Source: a virus
Taxonomy: Duplodnaviria > Heunggongvirae > Uroviricota > Caudoviricetes
Length of the DNA: 39,903 nucleotides
IMG/VR virus record: IMGVR_UViG_2654587728_000015
Reading direction: 5' to 3' (one strand)
In this document: piece after piece, positions 35,683 to 39,903 of the stretch
Layout of the letters: every line of letters starts with the position of its first letter
How positions within the stretch are numbered: position 1 is the stretch's first letter
Notes under the pieces: generated by a model
Told to the model about the DNA's origin: nothing
Seen by the model: only the letters and a program-made list of their open reading frames with translations
Databases searched by the model: none
Program-made: the position numbers and the translations under genes

Positions 35683-36507
35683 ATGTCTCAGAACTTAGAC
35701 TCAACCGCAATTAATCAAATCCATGCCCTTATTTCTGCTCAGGGTGTTAATGAAATTATCAGTAAGATTGGTGCCGATGCTGTGGCATTGCCTGAGAATT
35801 TCCGCATTCATGATCTGGAAAAATTTAATTTAAATCGTTTCCGTTTCCGTGGTGCACTTTCCACTGCCAGCATCGATGACTTTACCCGTTATTCTAAAGA
35901 TCTTGCAGATGAAGGCACCCGCTGCTTTATCGATGCCGATAATATGCGAGCCGTCAGTGTGCTTAACCTGGGTACTATTGATGAACCAGGTCACGCAGAT
36001 AACACCGCCACTCTCAAACTGAAAAAGACAGCACCGTTCTCTGCTCTGTTGTCTGTTAATGGCGAGCGTAACTCCCAGAAGTCACTGGCAGAATGGATTG
36101 AAGACTGGGCAGACTACCTTGTGGGCTTTGATGCTAATGGTGACGCCATTCAGGCAACCAAAGCGGCTGCGGCGATCCGTAAAATCACAATTGAAGCGAA
36201 CCAGACCGCTGATTTTGAAGACAATGACTTCAGCGGCAAACGCTCCCTGATGGAGTCTGTCGAAGCGAAGACCAAAGACATTATGCCAGTGGCATTTGAA
36301 TTTAAATGCGTTCCGTTTGAAGGTCTGAAAGAACGTCCGTTTAAATTACGCCTCAGCATTATCACTGGCGATCGTCCTGTACTGGTTCTGCGCATTATTC
36401 AGCTGGAGGCGGTGCAGGAAGAAATGGCTAACGAATTTCGTGATCTGCTTGTTGAGAAATTCAAGGACAGCAAAGTAGAAACCTTTATTGGTACTTTCAC
36501 CGCCTGA
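35683..36507 (+). CDS. yfdQ: DUF2303-family prophage protein (YfdQ-like)
   Basis: 274-aa ORF; length and sequence recall E. coli CPS-53 YfdQ; SD GTGAGGA. Confidence 0.6.
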   Translation: MSQNLDSTAINQIHALISAQGVNEIISKIGADAVALPENFRIHDLEKFNLNRFRFRGALSTASIDDFTRYSKDLADEGTRCFIDADNMRAVSVLNLGTIDEPGHADNTATLKLKKTAPFSALLSVNGERNSQKSLAEWIEDWADYLVGFDANGDAIQATKAAAAIRKITIEANQTADFEDNDFSGKRSLMESVEAKTKDIMPVAFEFKCVPFEGLKERPFKLRLSIITGDRPVLVLRIIQLEAVQEEMANEFRDLLVEKFKDSKVETFIGTFTA

Positions 36508-36634
36508 TTTCATTACTGCAAATGCCCCTGCGGGGGCATTTATGGAAACGTAATTTACTCAATAATCGCCGGATGGTGAGGGATTCTTTTTACCAGAATT
36601 CAGCGCGGTGCAGCGCATATACGTGGAGAACAAA

Positions 36635-37171
36635 ATGTCATTTATCAAAACTTTTTCTGGGAAGCATTTTTATTATGACAGGATAAATAAAGACGACATC
36701 GATATTAACGATATCGCGGTTTCCCTTTCAAATATCTGTCGCTTTGCCGGTCATCTTTCGCACTTCTACAGCGTCGCCCAACATGCGGTTCTTTGCAGCC
36801 AGCTGGTGCCGCAGGAATTTGCTTTTGAAGCGTTAATGCATGATGCAACAGAAGCGTATTGCCAGGACATTCCCGCACCACTGAAACGCCTTCTTCCTGA
36901 CTATAAACGGATGGAAGAAAAAATAGACGCCGTAATCCGTGAGAAATACGGGTTACCACCGGTTATGAGTACGCCCGTGAAATATGCCGATCTCATCATG
37001 CTGGCAACCGAACGCCGCGATCTCGGGCTTGATGATGGCTCTTTCTGGCCTGTACTGGAAGGTATCCCGGCAACAGAGATGTTCAACGTGATTCCACTGG
37101 CTCCAGGCCATGCCTACGGGATGTTTATGGAACGCTTTAACGAATTATCGGAGTTACGCAAATGCGCATGA
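36635..37171 (+). CDS. yfdR: HD-domain phosphohydrolase, YfdR-like 5'-deoxynucleotidase
   Basis: ORF 36608..37171 with ATG at 36635 (SD GGAGAA); HD motif (HLSHFYSVAQHAV...MHDATEAYCQD); 178 aa. Confidence 0.7.
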   Translation: MSFIKTFSGKHFYYDRINKDDIDINDIAVSLSNICRFAGHLSHFYSVAQHAVLCSQLVPQEFAFEALMHDATEAYCQDIPAPLKRLLPDYKRMEEKIDAVIREKYGLPPVMSTPVKYADLIMLATERRDLGLDDGSFWPVLEGIPATEMFNVIPLAPGHAYGMFMERFNELSELRKCA

Positions 37172-37524
37172 ATGTTTTCGAAATGGAAGGATTTCTTCGC
37201 GGGAAATGTGTACCGCGAGATCTGAAAGTGAATGAAACGGATGCTGAATACCTGGTGCGTAAATTTGATGCGCTTGAAGCTAAATGTGCAGCACTGGAAA
37301 ACAAAGTAATACCAGTGTCAGCTGAACTGCCGCCAGCGAATGAAAGTGTTCTGTTATTTGATGCTAATGGAGAAGGCTGGCTGATTGGCTGGCGTTCTCT
37401 CTGGTATACATGGGGGCAAAAAGAAACCGGAGAATGGCAGTGGACATTTCAGGTCGGGGACCTTGAAAACGTCAACATCACTCACTGGGCAGTAATGCCA
37501 AAAGCACCGGAGGCTGGAGCATAA
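37162..37524 (+). CDS. yfdS: Hypothetical protein (YfdS-like)
   Basis: 120-aa ORF following HD hydrolase gene, as in CPS-53. Confidence 0.55.
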   Translation: MRMNVFEMEGFLRGKCVPRDLKVNETDAEYLVRKFDALEAKCAALENKVIPVSAELPPANESVLLFDANGEGWLIGWRSLWYTWGQKETGEWQWTFQVGDLENVNITHWAVMPKAPEAGA

Positions 37525-38333
37525 TGACCACATTTACCGATAAAGAACTGATTAAAGAAATCAAAGAACGAATCAGCAGCATGGACGTGCGAGACAATGT
37601 TGAGCGCCGTGCTTATGAAATTGCTCTGGCATCGCTGGAAGAGGATCCGGTGGCATGGCTGCATTCAGACAATGGCTTAGGTATTCCGGCAATAACCAGG
37701 AGTAAAAACATTGCTGACAGTTGGTTATCAAAGGGCTGGTATGTTCAGCCGCTATATATAGCCAAGCCAGTGCCGGTGGTGCCAGATGCTCGTCCGTCTT
37801 TAAATAATGGCATAGTCGGTTTTGATGAAGGCTGGAACGCCTGCCGCGCTGCCATGCTCTATGGTGCCGTACCTGCAAGCCAGGCTTACAAGTTGCCACA
37901 AACGCAGTTTAAACAGGTTGCTGACCTCTACGAAATGCAATTTGATGACGGTCGCACTTGTGCCTTTCACACTGATGCGCAAAAGGCTGTGCAATGGCTT
38001 CAGGCGTGCGACGGAAACAGGGTTCAGGAATACGTTAAGCTGGAACGATTGCAGAACGCACTGTCTGGCAACTCTCCGGTAACTCCGGATGGTTGGGTTA
38101 TGGTGCCGAAGAGACTAACAGCCGAGAACGGCGCTAAGGGGGCGCTATCCGGTGAATTTTCAGAAACTACGTTTATAAGCTGCCTGGAATGCTTTGGCGA
38201 TGATGATTGCGATACCTGTGACGGGAGCGGACGTATTGAAATTAAAGTGCCAGTCACGTGGTCGACCATAAAATCTATCTGGGATAAAGGTATCGAGTAT
38301 TTTGCAGCAAAACCATCACAAGAGGTGAAGTGA
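37524..38333 (+). CDS. Hypothetical protein with C-terminal DnaJ-like CxxCxGxG zinc-finger
   Basis: 269-aa ORF; C-terminal CLECFGDDDCDTCDGSGRIEI. Confidence 0.6.
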   Translation: MTTFTDKELIKEIKERISSMDVRDNVERRAYEIALASLEEDPVAWLHSDNGLGIPAITRSKNIADSWLSKGWYVQPLYIAKPVPVVPDARPSLNNGIVGFDEGWNACRAAMLYGAVPASQAYKLPQTQFKQVADLYEMQFDDGRTCAFHTDAQKAVQWLQACDGNRVQEYVKLERLQNALSGNSPVTPDGWVMVPKRLTAENGAKGALSGEFSETTFISCLECFGDDDCDTCDGSGRIEIKVPVTWSTIKSIWDKGIEYFAAKPSQEVK

Positions 38334-38905
38334 TGAACAACTTAATGATCGACCTTGAGACGATGGGGAAAAATAAGGATGCACCGATCGTTTCCATTGG
38401 CGCGGTGTTCTTCACTCCAGAAACCGGAGACATCGGACAAGAATTCTATACGGTTGTTAGCCTGGAAAGTGCTATGGGGCAAGGAGCTACACCTGACGGC
38501 GATACCATCCTGTGGTGGTTGAAACAAAGCCCTGAAGCACGAGCTGCAATCTGTATTGATGATACTTTGTCGATCAGCGATGCTCTCTCAGAACTAAATC
38601 ATTTCATTAACCGGCACGCAGACAATACGAAATATTTAAAAGTCTGGGGTAACGGAGCCACCTTCGACAACGTAATTTTACGTGGAGCTTATGAGCGAGC
38701 AGGACAAATCTGCCCGTGGGCATACTGGAATGACCACGATGTACGCACGATCGTTACGCTTGGGCGTTCCATCGGATTCGACCCCAAAATGGACATGCCT
38801 TTCGATGGCGAACGGCACAACGCCCTGGCTGATGCCCGTCATCAGGCAAAATATGTTTCCGCTATCTGGCAGAAATTAATTCCTGCCACCAGCACAGAAT
38901 TATGA
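38333..38905 (+). CDS. DnaQ-like 3'-5' exonuclease (DEDDh family)
   Basis: ORF 38330..38905 with ATG 38333; motifs MIDLETMG, WGNGATFDNVIL, HNALADARHQAKY. Confidence 0.75.
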   Translation: MNNLMIDLETMGKNKDAPIVSIGAVFFTPETGDIGQEFYTVVSLESAMGQGATPDGDTILWWLKQSPEARAAICIDDTLSISDALSELNHFINRHADNTKYLKVWGNGATFDNVILRGAYERAGQICPWAYWNDHDVRTIVTLGRSIGFDPKMDMPFDGERHNALADARHQAKYVSAIWQKLIPATSTEL

Positions 38906-38941
38906 TTTTCCCGGGTGCAGCCGGTTTTGATGGAGAAAATT

Positions 38942-39223
38942 ATGAACACCTTGTTTTTACTGATGGCTGAATTCAATACCCCTAACATTGAACTCTCAGC
39001 AGTTAGCCAAAAGTACTTTGGCATGAGTCCAGCCACGGCAGAAGCAAAAGCAAACGCTTGTAAGTTGCCCGTTCCAACATATCGCATCGGCACATCACAA
39101 AAAGCAAAACGTTGCATCAATATTCAGGATCTTGCGGAATACATAGACAAAAGACGAGAAGAAGGACGTATCGAGTGGGAACAGGTCAGAACAAGCAAAC
39201 AGAAGGGCAAAGAACATCACTAA
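38942..39223 (+). CDS. PrtN-family / excisionase-like small DNA-binding protein (candidate recombination directionality factor)
   Basis: ORF 38915..39223 with ATG 38942 (SD GGAG); last gene of rightward operon, which in the circular phage lies next to attP/int. Confidence 0.45.
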   Translation: MNTLFLLMAEFNTPNIELSAVSQKYFGMSPATAEAKANACKLPVPTYRIGTSQKAKRCINIQDLAEYIDKRREEGRIEWEQVRTSKQKGKEHH

Positions 39224-39227
39224 ATAA

Positions 39228-39252
39228 AAAACCCGCCTAAAGGCGGGTTTTC
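39228..39252. terminator. Bidirectional rho-independent terminator (ACCCGCC-TAAA-GGCGGGT flanked by A-run and T-run)
   Basis: Perfect 7-bp GC stem between convergent genes. Confidence 0.75.
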
Positions 39253-39270
39253 AAAAAGCACCAGCTATGA

Positions 39271-39434
39271 TCATGCTGCTTTGCGACGACGAAGCTTACC
39301 CTGCTGCTCTTTACCAGAGACAGTAGCGTGAGTGAACGCATTAGGAGCAGCCTTCATCAGAACTTCAACAGCAGCACCCATACCTGCGAATGCTTTCATT
39401 GTGTCGAACTTAACCTGTGGCTTGGTTGCTTTTT
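39271..39434 (-). CDS. Small hypothetical protein (54 aa), convergent with phage early operon
   Basis: ATG with SD AGGAG 7 nt upstream; MEDQKATKPQVKFDTMKAFAGMGAAVEVL...; not in ORF track because under 60 aa. Confidence 0.45.
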
Positions 39435-39483
39435 GATCTTCCATAGAAAACTCCTGAAGTTATACCGAAACAATTCCTGTTGT

Positions 39484-39903
39484 TTACTCATCATCAATAG
39501 ATGATACGCAATATTTATTTTTAAATTTAAGGTTCTTTGGCGTAACTTCATCAGAGATATCAAAACCGTCCAGAATTCTATTGAATGTAGCTTCTGGCAT
39601 ATCATCATGAACAGAAATCTCACCCGATCGCTGCTTTCTAACCATGTTATCCACTCGCCAAATTATAGCTTCAGCGTAAACAACATAACTTGGATGCTTG
39701 ATAAAGCGATGATCACCAGAATTCAAGACGCAAGACGGATCGTGGGGGACACCATCCTTGATACTAGAAATATTAACAACTAAAACACAATAACAATCGT
39801 TAACGGGGTAATAAACAGGATCATTACAAATCACATGAAGATGATTGCATGGCCCAGTTGGGGCAAGCACAGTTCCTTTCCTGTATGGCTGATAATCCGT
39901 CAT
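39484..39903 (-). CDS. AT-rich hypothetical protein (139 aa), start coincides with window edge
   Basis: ORF with ATG at 39903; clearly AT-rich relative to neighbouring phage genes; Cys/His-rich N-terminal half. Confidence 0.5.
   Translation of the reverse strand: MTDYQPYRKGTVLAPTGPCNHLHVICNDPVYYPVNDCYCVLVVNISSIKDGVPHDPSCVLNSGDHRFIKHPSYVVYAEAIIWRVDNMVRKQRSGEISVHDDMPEATFNRILDGFDISDEVTPKNLKFKNKYCVSSIDDE

Larger units (their letters stand above)
1579..39260. mobile_element. Integrated temperate phage (prophage), mosaic: lambdoid regulation/replication/lysis, HK97-like head and packaging, Mu/e14-like contractile tail; left junction at dusA 5' end, right boundary not resolved in window
   Basis: Continuous set of phage genes from integrase (1667) to excisionase-like gene and terminator (~39250), bounded on the left by host dusA/pspG. 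Confidence 0.85.

Noticed and set aside
1-39903. CRISPR arrays, tRNA or rRNA genes
   Set aside because: No repeat-spacer periodicity and no tRNA-like cloverleaf noticed; the integration target here is the protein-coding dusA gene rather than a tRNA

Overview
This window is almost entirely one integrated temperate phage sitting at the 5' end of host dusA (host dusA and pspG occupy 165..1578 on the minus strand). The prophage is mosaic. A tyrosine integrase (1667..2764) is divergent from dusA, followed by a dinI-like gene behind two LexA boxes. A Mu/e14-like contractile-tail module runs on the minus strand from a Gin/Pin-type invertase (3218..3781) through tail fibre, baseplate, tape measure, tube and sheath (to 15079). 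An HK97-like head and packaging module follows (major capsid, protease, portal, terminases, HNH endonuclease; 17263..23254), then a lysis cassette (Rz/Rz1, lambda R-type endolysin, holin; 23281..24629). The early region is lambdoid: Q antiterminator with a pR'/tR'-like unit, DUF968, KilA-N, RusA, a LexA-DBD-only protein, a Dam-type methyltransferase, an O-like initiator with in-gene iterons, Rha-domain protein, cro, and a divergent cleavable cI (33860..34552) with TTGC-N7-GCAA operators. Rightward of cI is a PL-type operon (YfdP/Q/R/S-like proteins, a zinc-finger protein, a DnaQ-like exonuclease, a PrtN/excisionase-like protein) ending at a bidirectional terminator near 39240. The most interesting accessory loci are an AT-rich secreted-protein moron inside the tail module (10390..10884), a terminator-bounded cargo cassette between Q and the holin, a ~650-nt structured untranslated leader with no N gene, and an AT-rich two-gene cassette at the right edge. 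No tRNA, rRNA or CRISPR array was seen. All calls come from reading the sequence and ORF translations; no database search was run, and coordinates of small motifs may be off by 1-2 nt.
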